NCBI GenBank assembly: GCA_964016885.1
Contig: OZ024747.1
Coordinates: forward strand, 37,944,001 to 38,008,000
Length of the DNA stretch: 64,000 nt
Source: Eledone cirrhosa
Taxonomy: Eukaryota
Reading direction: 5' to 3'
Shown here in pieces: positions 13,099 to 27,292 of this stretch; position 1 is the first letter of the stretch, and every line of letters starts with the position of its first letter. The notes below the pieces were generated by a model. That model worked only from the letters and a program-made list of their open reading frames with translations, had not been told where the DNA came from and did not search any database. Position numbers and translations under genes: made by a program.

Positions 13099-16000
13099 AA
13101 AATCACCGGGGGTCATGAAATCACTGGGGGTGATGAAATCCTCGGTGGTTATGTAACCATACATTCACTGGGTATATGGCATTAAACTACATCCAGTGGC
13201 AAGGCTCCAGTTCGGGAGTTCAGGAGTTGTGGGGAATGTGGAGTTACCACTTAGTTGTCATGACTCCCAGGTCCCCCATTGCTTCCGCCGGGGTGGTAGT
13301 ACCTGTTAGGGCTCCATTTATGGGTTAAATAACTACCTTATTCGAGTGGCGCCGGTAAGGTATTGTCAGCCATTGAAAAGAAATATGGAGAGTCGATCTA
13401 ACAGCACTAGGATTACACTGTCAAGGAGCAGCCTGGTCGTTATGACTCTGCTGGCTTAGGGCCACAGAGAGGGCCAGTGGATGATGGATCAGCTGTATCT
13501 GACACAAATATAAAGAATGCAGTTTTGTCCCGCAGAAGAGCCATCAAAATGGGCACTTTGAATGTGAGGACTATTCGGACGCTGGAGAAGAGAGAGGAGT
13601 TGGGATATCTGTTCGAGGAGAGTGGTATACAGATACTTGCGAAACAAGAACACAGGATCCTACACGATGAGCCCGTGAGGAGTGTGATGATCGGGAAGAG
13701 GAGCCAGCTCATCACTACATAGGCAGTGAAGAACACAACAAATGCTGCAGTAGGAGGAGTGGGTTTTGTGTTCAGTGCAAAAACCAATCTGTTGGTGAGG
13801 GAAATAATGCCTATCTCCCCGCGAGTGTTGAGGGTAACCTTCAATGGAAACCCAAGACTGACAGTCATCTCAGCCTATAGTCCAACCGAGGGGGACAGTG
13901 ATGTGAGTGCGGAAGAGTTCCATGAGGAGGTGTGTAGAGCTGTCAACACCACTCAGGCACACAATATCCTGCTTGTTTTGGGGGACTTCAATGCACATCT
14001 GAGTAAGGAGGGCAGTGAAGATCCTTGCTGGTACTTCCATAACAACACCAACCGAAATGGAAGACTACTGAATGACACCCTGCTGGAGACGAACTTGATG
14101 GCGACCAACCTAAGGTTTAGGAAGAATCTGGGGAAGATGTGAACCTACATCTCATATGTGCACCTGTCCAAGTCCCAGATTGATTTCATTCTGGTGAGGA
14201 AAAAGTGGCGGAATAGTGTTCTGAACACAGAGCCATACAACTATTTCAGTACACTGGGTAGTGACCACCGGCTTGTTATGAGTGAGGTCCGGATGAGCTT
14301 AAGAAAGAGCAAGGCTCGGCCCCGGAGAGCAATCTATGACTGGAGTGTTTTCAAGGAAGATGATAAGCTACAGGAGAGGTTCACAGTGGAAGTGAGAAAC
14401 AGGTTTAATGATCTGTGTGGAGAGTCAGAGGAGAGAGAGATTGGATGGACTGAGGAGAGTGTGACGAGGAGGTACGGGCACTTCACCAATGCAGTGGCGG
14501 AAGCAAGTGAAATCCTGGTGCCGAGGAAAAATAACAAAGGGAAGCAGGTCAGCTTTGCAAACCCAAAAGTGTGTGCAGCCAGAGAACACCTGAAAGCTGC
14601 CAAGGACCAATTCTATGCTGATCCTACGGAGGAGAGGATGGCAACTGTGGAGGTGATGAGGGAAGAGCTCTGTACCGCTTACACTGAGGTCAGAGAGGAG
14701 GCACTGATAGAGAAGAACAGAAGTGTGGATGGAGCGGTTGACAGATCTGGATGTAAGGAGAGCTGGATGATCAACGAGATCACAGGGAGGAAGAGAAGGT
14801 GTTCGAGTCATATCCAGGGAACGGGGCCTGAGGATAGGAAGAGGAAATGGCTAGACCATTTTAGGACCCTACTAGGAGAGCCACCCTCCACAGCCCAGAG
14901 CACTGGGGAGATCAGGCGGCTGTTTGAGGAACTGGATGTTGAGACAGAGCCCTTCACCAGAGGGGAGCTTCATGAGAGCCAAGAAGAGGATCGAGGAGGG
15001 CAAGGCTCATGGAGAAGATGGAGTGGCATCAGAGGTGATGAAGAGGTGTGATTTTGATGATATCATCCTGGGGTTCTGTAACGGGGCACTGGAGAAAGGA
15101 GTTGCCCCGAATCAGTGGAGGATCAGTAACATCGTCCCAGTGCCAAAGAAGGGAGATCTCTCTAACACCAACAACTACAGTGGGATCTCACTGACGTCAC
15201 TTGTGGCAAATACCCTCAACAGGATTATTCTTAAAAGGATCCAGCCTGAGATGGAGAAGAAGCTCAGGGACAACCAGAACGGCTTCAGAGAGGGTAGATC
15301 AACCACCAGTCACATCCTGATGTTGAGGAGGATATTAGAGGGAGCTAGAGCAAAGTGCCTTCCTGCGGTCATGGTTTTCATTGAATCTAGGAAGGCCTTT
15401 GATTCTGTGGACCGTTACTGCCTGATGAAGATCTTACAGGCTTATGGAATCCCCAAGAAGATAGTGGACCTGATATCACTGATCTACACCAACACCAAAC
15501 CCCAAGTCATTACACCTGATGGGATGACAGAGTTCTTTGAGATACTGGCTGGAGTGCTCCAGGGAGATACATTGGCTCCCTACCTTTTTATCATCGTAGT
15601 GGACTATTGTATGCGCCTTGCAGTGGAGAAACACCAGGACTCTGGCTTTACTGTAGCACCGGCTCAGAGCAGGAGAGTTAGGGCGAAAAAGGTATCGGAT
15701 GCTGAATTTGCCGTCGACATAGTTTTGGTGACAAATACAGTGAAGGAGGCAAAGGATATGATGCGGGAGGTTGAGACTGTGTCGATGAGTGTGGGGCTGA
15801 GAATGAATGAGACTAAAACAAAATATCTGGTAGAGAATGTTGAGAAGCCAGAGGGGATCACTAATGTAGGCAGGAAGCCGCTAGAATTGGTTGAGGGCTT
15901 CCTGTATCTGGGAGCAAAGATTGGGAATACGGAAGATGATGTGGTTGAGAGGAAGAGCAAGGCTTGGGCGGCGTGCCACAGCTTGAGATCGGTGTGGAAG

Positions 16001-16464
16001 TCGGACCTTCGTAGAGACCTGAAAATCCGCATCTTCAATGCTGTAGTGGAGTCTGTGCTGCTGTATGGGTCTGAGACTTGGACACTGACCAAGAAGCTCA
16101 CTCAGATGGTGGATGGGTGCTACACGAGATGCTGAGGATGGCTGTGAACTTTAATCAGTATACACTGAGGATCAAAAACTCAGAGCTGTATGGGAGCATC
16201 CCAAAAGTCATCTCAAAAGTGACACAGAGCAGACTGAGGTTAGCTGTACATGCTCACCAACATCCAGAGTTGACATTGCACTCAGTGCTCCTTTGGGAGC
16301 CCCTACATGGACACACTAGAAGTGGAAGACCGAGGTTAACGTATGTTGATGCCCTAAGAACAGACACTGGTATGTTGGAGACGCAGGACATGGCAGCGAT
16401 AACGAGGGACAGAGACCGCTGGAGAGAACTCGTTCATGGATCTCGGGAATTTTACCCGCCTTAG
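13099..16464 (+). mobile_element. RTE-clade LINE, near full length, decayed
   Basis: APE EN (GTLNVRT, QEHR, SAYSPT, LGDFNAH, QIDFILV, SDH); RT (VPVPKKGD, QNGFR, KAFDSV, GVLQGDTLAPYLF, degenerate FAVD, FLYLG); RTE C-terminus (VLLYGSETW, SRLRLAx[10 protein letters not shown]). The 5' boundary is uncertain. Confidence 0.9.
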
Positions 16465-18480
16465 ACATTCACAAATCCTCGATATGAGTGCTTAAACAGT
16501 TCGAATAACGGTGAAAAGGAGACTGGAACGTCATGTGAAAGACTCTCACCCAGCACTGTGCTCCCTGGCCCAGCAGTAGGGTCCTGGCTGTCATCCAAAT
16601 ACTGCTGGTGTTGGAAGAAGAAGAGGAAGAAAAGGGACAAGAACCAACTGGACGAAAGAATTGAGTAGAACTGTCATGGAATGTTATCTGAAGAGTAATC
16701 CCAAGGAAAAAGTCTATAGAAAACGGATGCATAACATCTGGAACGAGATTGGACCATTTAAATTAGATGAACAAAAATTGGCCGGGCAGGCCCGGGTAAT
16801 AAGGTCTAATAGGATGGATAAGCCAGTTGGAACTGGAGGAACTGAGCAGAGAGATTAGGTTGCAAATGGAGAGTGGAGTATGTCAGGCAAACGAGCCAGT
16901 GGGAAACGAAGGTGAAGATGTTGAGAGAACGGAGGAAACATCCGAAGCAGACAATGATCTGAATACTAAAATAAATAACATCTGCAACAAAGATACGGCT
17001 GTTGAGGAAATGAATGCTGACGGGCTAGGACAAGATTTGGTTTATATCCTGAACTTAGTGGTAGATGAAATGAACAATGATAGTGGGAAACCTATGAAGC
17101 TAAGATTTGTAGTCAGGACAAAGTTAAAAGAAACAACAGCTAAGTTAAACAAAGTCATCCCATACCTTGAGGCGAGGAACCTTCACCAATGAAACAATAT
17201 CCTCAAAGCAACAGCAAATGCGGTGAGGAAATTACTTGGCATAACATCGAGAGGAAACAACAAACAAGAAAGACCAGAACCTTGGTGGAAGGAACGACTG
17301 AATGGTCAAATCAAGGAAATGTGAAATGACATTGGAAAGCTTGAGTCCCTACTGAATGGGACACTACAAAACATAGACACTAAAAATATACTGGAAATAA
17401 AGTACAAAACTAGGAGAATAAAGTTAAATATTATCATAGAGGAACTGAAGCAACGCATTGTAGCAAAAAGTGCAAATATTAGGCGGTATGAGAGCAGAGT
17501 CAGTCAGTATAGACAGAACCGCAAGATGTTGTTTGGACAGCTTGAAGGGAAAGAAAGAAGCAACGACTTGATCCCTGAGGCGGAACAGACTAAGACATTC
17601 TGGAGAGGAAAATAGGAGCAGGATGTTAAACATAATGATCAGGCAGTGTGGATTGAGTCAGTACAAAAGGAGATTAGTGGACAAGCACACCAACAAACTG
17701 ATTTGAGTATCACAGTTGAAACTCTTAAAGGGCAGGCCAAAAAACTAAACAACTGGAAATCACCAGGCCCAGATGATGTGCAGGGGTATTGGATTAAAAA
17801 ATATAACATCCCTCCCTCCGAAACTGACAACCATGTTCAATGATTGCTTGATGTCGGGTGAGGTACCAGAGTGGTTGACAAAAGGTTCGACAGTTCTGGT
17901 AATGAAAAACCGAATCAAGGGTAATGATGTTACCAACTATAGACCTATCACATGTCTGTCCGTAATGTGGAAACTGTTGACAAGCATTGTGTCTGAAATC
18001 TACCATCACCTCCACATAAACAACATGTTAACGGACGAACAGAAAGGCTGCCGAAAGAAGTCCCGTGGTACAAAAGACCAGTTTCTTATTGATAAGATGG
18101 TAATGAGGAATTGCAAGAGGTGATATGCTGGTCTTGCCATGGGATGGATAGATTACAAAAAGGCATTCGACATGGTACCTCATTCTTAGATAACCAAAAG
18201 CCTAGAGATCTTCAAGGTGGCAGATAACATCAGACAGTTGTTGAAGTCCTGGGAAAAGAGTTAACATCGGGTGGAGAATCCCTGGGAGGCGTGAAGATCA
18301 AGAGAGGTATCTTCCAGGGAGATAGTTTGTCCCCTCTGTTGTTTGTCCTTGCCATGATACCCCTGGCCATTATACTGCGAAAAGTGACAGCAGGATACAA
18401 GTTGGGAAAAGGATATCTTACCATCAACCACCTCCTCTTCAGGGACCATCTTAAACTCTTTGGGAAGAGTGAGAAAGATT
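16465..18480 (+). mobile_element. R4/Dong-type non-LTR retrotransposon, 5' half only, decayed
   Basis: N-terminal VMECYLKSNP..YRKRMHNIW, WKSPGPD, YRPITCLSVMWKLLT, EQKGC..RGTKDQ, WIDYKKAFD, RGIFQGDSLSPLLF, HLLFxDxLKL. The 3' endonuclease domain is absent. Confidence 0.8.
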
Positions 18481-18794
18481 CCCATCCGGGCTTTGGTGGG
18501 CAAATTCAAAAGTGTGAACAAAGAAATCTATCCTTAGCCTTTAAAGTAAGCTCTCAACTAGGTTATCAAACAAAGAATAAATAATTAATCAATCAATTAA
18601 TCATTCAATTAATTAATTATAGAGGTAAAGAGAAAATGATAAAAATAGTGAGTAAACGTTGCAGCCGTGATTAGCATTTTTCAAAATCGATATTCTGAGG
18701 CTGGTACAAAGCATTCAATGAGGAGATATCGATACATCGATCATACCAATACGTTAGGGGTGTGACAGTGAAAATTGCGGCCGAAGACATGTTT

Positions 18795-19225
18795 CGACAA
18801 AATAATTGTTTAGATAGTTATTTGGTTTATAAATGCACCGTAAAAACTGGTCACAAAACATACAATTACATTGGATCAACCTCGTCCACATTCAAAGATC
18901 GTTTTGCGAACCATAAATGCTCATTTTCGAACTCTAAGAGGAAATCATCCACGTCTTTATCACAGCTCATATGGTCTTTAAAGAGAAGAATTTAAAATAC
19001 TCCATTCTTTGGACAAAACTTCGGAACTGTGGAATTTACCGCAACTCTAGTATATTAAATAACTGACAGCTCTGTACAATGGAGACCCTGTTGATTATTA
19101 ATAATTATGAGACCCTAATTAACAAAAAAAGTGAATTATTCTCTAATTGCTTCCATAAAGCTACGTCCACTTTTTTAGCCTCACGTAAAACGAGAAAGAA
19201 AGAAACAATTACACCAAACCAATAA
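18795..19225 (+). pseudogene. Penelope-like (Naiad-type) GIY-YIG endonuclease fragment
   Basis: LVYKCTV..YIGST..FKDRFANH..F..TSLS..IW; after a frameshift, *QLC..E..LINKKSE..CFH. Confidence 0.85.
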
Positions 19226-19366
19226 CAACTCGGTTACCAGGAATATATAATCAACAGTAAAACACATTAATGGCCTTTAATATTGCTTTATTTTATAACT
19301 ATCTATAGAAGAAACAACGCTAGAATGAATGACAATATTTCAATTAACATGCCTAAACATTGATAC

Positions 19367-19481
19367 GAGTTCAAATCCCGCCGAGGTTAACTTTGCCTTT
19401 CATCTTTACGGGGTCGATAAAATAAAGTACCAGTAATACACTGGGATAATTGCTGGCCTTGTGCCAAAAGTAGAAACAATT
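19367..19481 (+). mobile_element. tRNA-SINE, 5'-truncated
   Basis: GAGTTCAAATCCCGCCGAGGTTAAC...GGCCTTGTGCCAAAAGTAGAAACAATT. Confidence 0.85.
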
Positions 19482-20648
19482 ATTTGTTAACTTTAATCAA
19501 TACCATCATTTCTTTATTTCCTTATTTCTCTATCTATCTTCCTATCTATGATTATAATTTAGTATAATACCTAATCCTTACATATTTACGGAATTTATTT
19601 AACTGTGAATTTTTAATACATTTGTGATCTCTTTTAAATTTTTGTTTAATACCCAATCCATACATTTTTATGAAACTTATCTATAACTCTAAATTTTTAA
19701 TGAGTTTTTGATCTGTTATTTATAGTATAATATAGCATATAAATATAGCTTTTAAATATATTTACTGCAATATAAAATCTAAATTTTGAGACGGATTCAA
19801 ACTTATATATAAATGTGAATGTTTTGCTGCGCTTTCGATCTTTTAATTATTTATAATATAATGTATTATAATATGTATGTAGTTATATATTATATTTTAT
19901 ATATTTTTAAATATTTTAAAATATTTTAAAATATACCTACCATACTTCTATATATATGATTCAAATATAGAGAAATTATTATAGACATTATTTTGAACTC
20001 TGTATTATCCATGCACTCATTGTTGTTTTTCTTATATGTATGTATATATATTTATTTAAATGTGATACGTTGATAAAATTATAACTGTTATCATTTACCT
20101 AAAGTACACTACACTAATAATACCTAATATATATCTATATATATACATCCCTGTATCTAATAATATGTTGATATCTTGGTTGAAGAATAATTAGTGCATT
20201 TACACCCAGTTATACATATCTATATATTTATCCTTAACATCCTTCAATATATTATCTTATTTTATTTTTATCTTCGTCGTTATTATTTACCTTAAACATA
20301 CTGGCTCATTAATATATACCTATATACATAATAGTTATTTAAATATTTATAACAAGTACTTCAAAAGCTTTACATACCTAATATGTTGGTATATTCGTTA
20401 AAGTTTGAATTTAGGTAAATAATCAACAGTATAATATTTTATTCTTTTTGTGCCAGATAAATCCTTTATATGTTACCCTCATGAGATTCAGAAGTTTAGA
20501 AATGATAACACACTTATCGAATTTATAACAAATAATATATAAATAACCAGCAAATAATCCTGAAATCTGGAGTCTTCACCCTAATATTATAAATTAAATA
20601 TTTTCAAATTTAACCGTTTAACTTTCGAAAAAATATATCACCCGCCCC

Positions 20649-20702
<54 letters not shown>

Positions 20703-21310
20703 AGAAGCAAAAAATTGTTTATTGTGATCCAGTTCTTGGTTAAGAAAGCCAGTTTCATGGATGGTTTCAACGTACGGTTAGGGGTAACTCCACAAGTTTG
20801 TAATAATTCCGTTCAATCTTGAAGTATAAAGTATAAAAGAGAAAACACAGGTAAGCATTAAGAGAAGGATTTTATCCAGGTATTTACGACCGTTTCATTG
20901 GTAAGTGCAACCTTATATTGCTATACTGCAAATAGCAGCCACTCAATGATAATTGTTGTTCACGTCCAAATTTTCAAAATAGTGAGTAAGTTACTCTTGA
21001 AATAGTTCTTAATATATAGAGAAAAACATTTATTTGGAATTGTATTTTTTAGTATAGTGAGAGAGGAATCAGAAGGTGAGGGGACAAACGGAATAGTAGA
21101 GAGAGAGAGGAAGGGGGAAGAGGTAGGAAGTAGAGTGACAAACTGAGATGGAGGGAGGGGTAGAGGTGGAAGGATTCCTTGGTCAGTTTTGATAGCAGAC
21201 TTCATGTCGTGGAATGTAGTGAGTTAAAAAGAATTAAATTGATCATCGTGGGAGGGATGGATAGAGAGGGAGAGAGAGAGAGAGAGAGAGAGAGGGGGGA
21301 ATATAAAGAG

Positions 21311-21363
<53 letters not shown>

Positions 21364-21595
21364 AAAGATAAAGATAATAATGACAAAAATAAAAGCAAAG
21401 ATAGGGGTGAGAAAGAAGAAGAGAGAAGATAGCCAAGAAGGGAATGGAAGGAAGGAAGAAAACGAAGAAATAGAAGAGGAATAAGGGAAAAGTGGGGGAT
21501 ATATATATTGGTTTTGTGGGTAATGAAAAGGGTTTACATACAACAAGAGGGTATAAAGTCTAAGTATATGCGATTTGTCAGTTGGTAGTAAGAGG

Positions 21596-22630
21596 TTAAG
21601 TGTTCGATTTGTAGTGCGAAAACTTATCTTTGAGTCTATGGTTACAATAAATTGATCTTTCGATTTTATTGTTGAGTAACTTATTCTTCGAACTCAAGAT
21701 GTGGAACAGCTCAAGGTCGCATAATCGACAGCTTCTCATACCACCCCGATATAGGGGCGCGTTCAATAATTTTTTCCACTTCAGGGTGTATTGATGGTTA
21801 CTTTCCCTCAGTTGCCAGGTCTTGTTTGCAAGGGTAGTTACATAACGATGCTGGGAATGTTTCATTGCGTAACGGTGTGTATACCAACGGGCTTTAAATG
21901 TATTCCCAGTCGCTCCGATGTAATACCATTTCTGGTTGTCTGATTCCACTGTGCATTGGTAAACCAGGTTAGACTGCATACATTCATCATGTAATGGACA
22001 GGTTTCTGGTAGGTGGCAGTTACAATTCTTGTCATGGGCAACTTTGGCATTATTGGTGGGCTGCGATGCCTGTACAAGTATGTTACGTTTTGTTTGCCTA
22101 TTAATGGGTGGTTGTGTATTAGATATTCTGTTGTGTTCGGTGGTGATTGTATTGTTATTGTTGTAAATTTGTGTTTTGGTGTCGTTATGTATCTTTTTAG
22201 CGTTAAGCATCTTAATTGGTGCCGTGGAGTAAGATATTCTAATACATTTAGTGTTAAGGATTTTGCTGCATCTATGTGAATGTGGAAAGTGCTTATTTAT
22301 TATTCTAAAGAAGGTAGAGGGTAGGTTAGTACTAATAGAGGTGTTAAATATGGGGTTATACCAAATATATTTTCTACTGCGTGATTTGTTTGATTTCGAT
22401 GTTGTATTTCTATTTGCCGTATACTTTGCAGTTATATGAGTAGGTGCGTGTGTGCGTGTGTTACCGGAGTTTGTGTTATGCGTGTTCGTGTGCGCTTCAC
22501 GGAGGCTTTCGTCTATATATTCTACTCTATCTAAGTGGCCTGCCTTGTCTAATGCGATATTGTAGTATTCTGCATGTTTTTCGAAGATTTGTCGGTTAGA
22601 CGAGAGGCGGGAGTTCCTAAAGGATATGCT
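21596..22630 (-). pseudogene. Naiad-type PLE 3' fragment (RT thumb, linker, GIY-YIG)
   Basis: IWYNP..TN..F..KHFP..H..KI.N..ISYST, CNCx5Cx5C, LVYQCTV..YIGAT..FKARW..H, CRLC..E, LLN..E..CNHR. The 5' end runs into (TA)n. Confidence 0.9.
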
Positions 22631-22632
22631 GC

Positions 22633-22689
<57 letters not shown>

Positions 22690-22694
<5 letters not shown>

Positions 22695-22890
22695 AAAACC
22701 ACAGACCCTCCATCTCAAATCTACTTTTGAAAAGCAGAAGAACTGTGAAACCAGTAAAGGAACCAAATAAATATATATATATTTCTGAAAATAAGACTCC
22801 AGTTGCATTTTCGATTTCATCTTTTTTTCTTTATACTTTCACTCGTGTAGGACACCTCGGTTATTTTTCATTTTGTAAAAGAAATCTTAC

Positions 22891-22900
<10 letters not shown>
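22690..22900 (+). repeat. pseudo-LTR-like repeat with degenerate minimal hammerhead (22724-22760); same family as 32510-32810
   Basis: TTGAAAA GCAG..CTGT GAAACCAGTA AAGG followed by AATAAA. Confidence 0.55.
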
Positions 22901-22953
<53 letters not shown>

Positions 22954-23199
22954 GTTAAAAACTCAGAGTAGTCTCTTACAATTAAAGAGCTCTAAGAAAA
23001 AAGGATTTCCGAGCCGTGTAATATAATTGAATAAATAAGAGAGATGGACACTAATATAAACATACATGTGTTCGAATTGTAAGGGCTAGGTTAGCTAGGG
23101 TGAAAATATACTAACTACAGCAATATGGTTTGTCAGACTTAATTTTAAGTAGTAAATTAAGAAAAATAACAGACCTATATCGGGCAATCGCCTGGTAAA

Positions 23200-23270
23200 A
23201 ACTAGACAGTTTTGAAAACTGTTTCTCAACATCTTATTAAGTGAACACGTTTTTCTGCTCTTCAGTAGTT
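23200..23270 (-). ncRNA. Type I hammerhead ribozyme in a ~500-bp repeat unit (22950-23460)
   Basis: AACUA CUGAAGA GCA..GAAAC AGUUU-UC-AAACU GUC UAGUU; stems I and III pair fully, stem II is degenerate. Confidence 0.75.
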
Positions 23271-24619
23271 GTTGAGAAATTAGCGATCCTTCCACTTCTA
23301 AAAATATTAGAAGACTGAATTGTGTGCGATATGAAATAGCGCACGTGTCTCCGGAACCCAGCTTGTCTCGAAATCTCGTGCCGCTAAAAATAGCAGCCTG
23401 GTTAACGAGACATTAAAATTAGCTCTACATGATGGAGCCGACAAATATATAGCGAGTTAGAAACAAACATTAACTCATGGAAAGTCGATATTGAAATATA
23501 CTACCCTATATTGTCTGTAAGCAGAATTTGGATATACCTCGTTCCTTTATGTAGCTTATCTACATCCATGTTCAATCGATAAATTCAATCAAAATGGTGT
23601 TTTCATTCATGAATACGTTTACACGCACCCATGGACACACACACATCATTATATTTTGTATATACGTGTATGAGAGAAATATAGATATTTTTCTTGTCAG
23701 ACTATATGTTGCTCAGCTGCCGTGTTATAATGATGAAACCATTGTCTTGCCAGTGAGAAATTCGCAAACACTTTCGTACCATATATTGTTAGAATAACAA
23801 TACCATCTTCGTTGTAGCACCATCGCAAATGTGAACAAGAAAATGTAAACAAAGGCCAAACCAACTAGAATTGAATCAATTTTGTCTCATTGTCTGACAT
23901 TTCCCAATGGAAACTATATTGTCAATAGGATTCTTTCAGGAAAAGAATAAAATGAACAAGAGGGATAATAACGAAGTGGTATCAATGATGGAAATGAATG
24001 ATGAATAGAGTTTATTTTACTTTTCGTAGGTTCTTGGATTATAGATGACATGTCTGACTGAGAGATTAGAAATGGAACACGAGCACTTCATATTATTTCT
24101 AGTTAGTTAAATCAATGATTTTGGTTAAGTTTGCTTATTATAACAATACAATAGAGAACTATTTTATACGGAAAGGATTCACTCAATTGCTACACATATT
24201 AACCTAATTATTAAAAATCAATAAATCCTTCTATTATAGTATTGTGGCGAATCGTATCCATTTTCGATCCGAGCTAACAGAGAGCGCCGCTAAGCTGTCT
24301 CTTGGTTTGCAAGAAATTGCAGCCAACTTTCACATAAATTATTCCAAACCGTCTTAAGTGATGCATTGGATACGTTAGTTTAGGGCACGCTATATCTTAG
24401 AAGAAATCCTGAGCTGGTCATTGATGGAATGTTTTTGACATAGGTCCGCATGATCAAAGCTGGTTTGGGATTAAAGAGCAATATCAATGATGGCTCTAGT
24501 CTCGGCATTGAGTATTAGCATTTTTCAATCTCCTTCATTCTTCCATTAAACGATAGAGTGTAATAGGCTGAATATATACAACAGTATAACAAGTTTAAAG
24601 TATATCTCGAACCTGGCCG

Positions 24620-24860
24620 ATGCTTATCCCGGTTTCAGTGACGTGAAGCGACTGAGAGAACAAAAATTCCCATGGAAAATACAGCCCTAGTCCATCGAAG
24701 GGTTCAACCGTTATATACTGATAGTACTCATTTACTGTAGAGTATAGTGAAGAAACGTGAAATGAAATGTGTTGCTCAAGAACACAACACACAACCCAGT
24801 CCAGGAATCGAACCCACGAAATTATGATTGTTCGTCCAACACCCTTACCACAAAGCCACA
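24620..24860 (-). mobile_element. Old tRNA-derived SINE with a V/Meta-like core
   Basis: A-box TGGCTTTGTGG, B-box GGTTCGATTCC, core TGTGTTCTTGAGCAACAC. Confidence 0.65.
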
Positions 24861-25186
24861 AGACAGAGACATTAAGTCCTAAAAGCTGACACCATTCCAA
24901 CAGAAATCGGGATGCGGTATCAACTCCTCTAGAATCTTACCTTTCTTCCTACAGCGCTTGCCACCCGAAATTAACGCATCACAACCGAACATTGTAAGTG
25001 GGAAGAAACGGTAGAATCTGTCAATAATGCCTTTTCAAATTCACGGAGCACTGGGATGAAGTAGTTCCATAGTTTGTCCTTCCAAACAACTGCAATTGAT
25101 ATCAATATGATTGACGCTCAGACTGAATTTCTACGGGATGATTGGAAAAGAGGCAGTTTTGGTATTAAAAACAACAAATTGACAGT

Positions 25187-25393
25187 ACAGGGTCAATTTA
25201 TTCGCTGAAAAGTTCATAGGCTGAACAAGATACTGTCATAGAATGGCCAAATGAGGTTTCTTTTTCAATATAGTCCCTGGAAAGAAACAATGCAGTTATT
25301 AATAAGAAGAGTTGAAATTAATGAATGCATGATTTCACTGCACTTGCAGCACGCCTTTGTAGTAAACCTATAAACTTTTCACCCTACCCTCGT
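25187..25393. mobile_element. Degenerate mariner-type MITE
   Basis: Imperfect inverted termini GCTGAAAAGTTCATAGG / CCTATAAACTTTTCACC..CCTCGTA; a related copy lies at ~50776-50965. Confidence 0.5.
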
Positions 25394-26879
25394 ATTTAGT
25401 ATATAGTCTGAAGGAGGAAGAGTTGGAGTTGGTTCGTGAGAATCCCGTATGTAAGGAAGGTTTGGATTGGTTGTGTGTGAGTTTCTTCAGCATGATAGAT
25501 GTTTTTCTTGTATTATTGTCATTTAGAGTGAAGACACGTGCTTAGGTATTAGAGTCTTAGGCTCATCATCGGAAGGCTCACAGCTCGGTTTCACGTTTCA
25601 CCAGTTAACAAAACTATGAAAACAGAATTTTGCCAGTATGCCAAAAGGTCAGTCTTGTCACATTTTAATGTTTCTGTCTTGATTCATGCTGCATTCCCAT
25701 GAAAACTACGTTAAAGGTACACGTATCTTTGGAATGCCCAGCCACTTGTATTTCACAAGCAGCGGTTCTATTGATCGTACCAACTGGAATACAACTTTGT
25801 TGCTGCTGAAATTTCAGATCAACACTCTTGAGATCACGCAAGGAAGATTATCTATGAAGTAACAAGGAAACAGACATGTTGTTGGCTCTCCACACTAAGA
25901 ATATTATCATTGCCTTCCAGCTATAAACAATTGTATAGAGTATGTTTATTCTTTAGTATTCTGTTATAGTTTTGGAATAGCTATATGGATGACTTACTAA
26001 ATTCGTTTTTTTTACATAGAAAATGATGAGAGAGAGGCAATGAAGAAAACGATAATGGGATAATGATGACTATAGAGCTAATAGGGATAGAAAGGATGAT
26101 AATGGTGATGGTTATTATAGTGATGATGATGATGGCAACGATGGTGGTGGTGGTGGTGGTGGTGATGAAGTGAGAAAGATGATGGGGATAGTAATAATGA
26201 TAATGGTGATGACAATAAGGAGGAAACAAAGTGACGATCATAACATTAATGATTGTTTCTACGTTAGTCACAAGGCCAGCAATTACCCTGTGCATTAGTT
26301 GACTGCAAGGAGGAGGTGGAGAATACTGATTAGGATAATAACAATGATGATGATGAGGGTGGGGATGATGACGATAGTGGGGATAATCAACATGACAATA
26401 ATGCGAAATATAACGTACGTCATTGAAAACTGTCAAAAGACGTTGACCGAAAACAGTAGATAGATATATAAATAATAGAGGTGATAAACAAATGAATCTG
26501 GTAAGTAAGAAAACTTCGTTGGGAATACAGAAGATTAGAAATATAGACAGAGGGAGACAGATGCTGGGAGAGAGAAAGAGAGGGAATAGAGGGAGGGGAT
26601 GAGTGTGAAGGAGAGATAAAGACAGAAGAAAGAAATACTGGGAGGCAGAAAGAGAGGGAAAGGAGTAGAAATACAGGGAGAGGTTGAGTGTGAAGGAGAA
26701 ATACAGACATAAGGAGATGGAGGATAGGAGAAGTAGAGGGAAACGAAACAAAATACAGCGAGGGATGGATGTAAAAGCCGGTAAGAGAGTGGTAAAGTGA
26801 GAAAGTATGAGTTAGAATTTACATGAAGCAAGGTAGATTTGAATTCAGTTTGCGATAAAAGGAAAAAAATGTGTGAGAA

Positions 26880-27292
<413 letters not shown>

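Noticed and set aside
20880-20920. GAAACGGTC motif (minus) downstream of the 21.6-kb PLE
   Set aside because: Core too decayed to call.
25541-25572. CCGAUGA U GAG..CUC hammerhead-like half on the minus strand
   Set aside because: GAAA and stem I are not recoverable.
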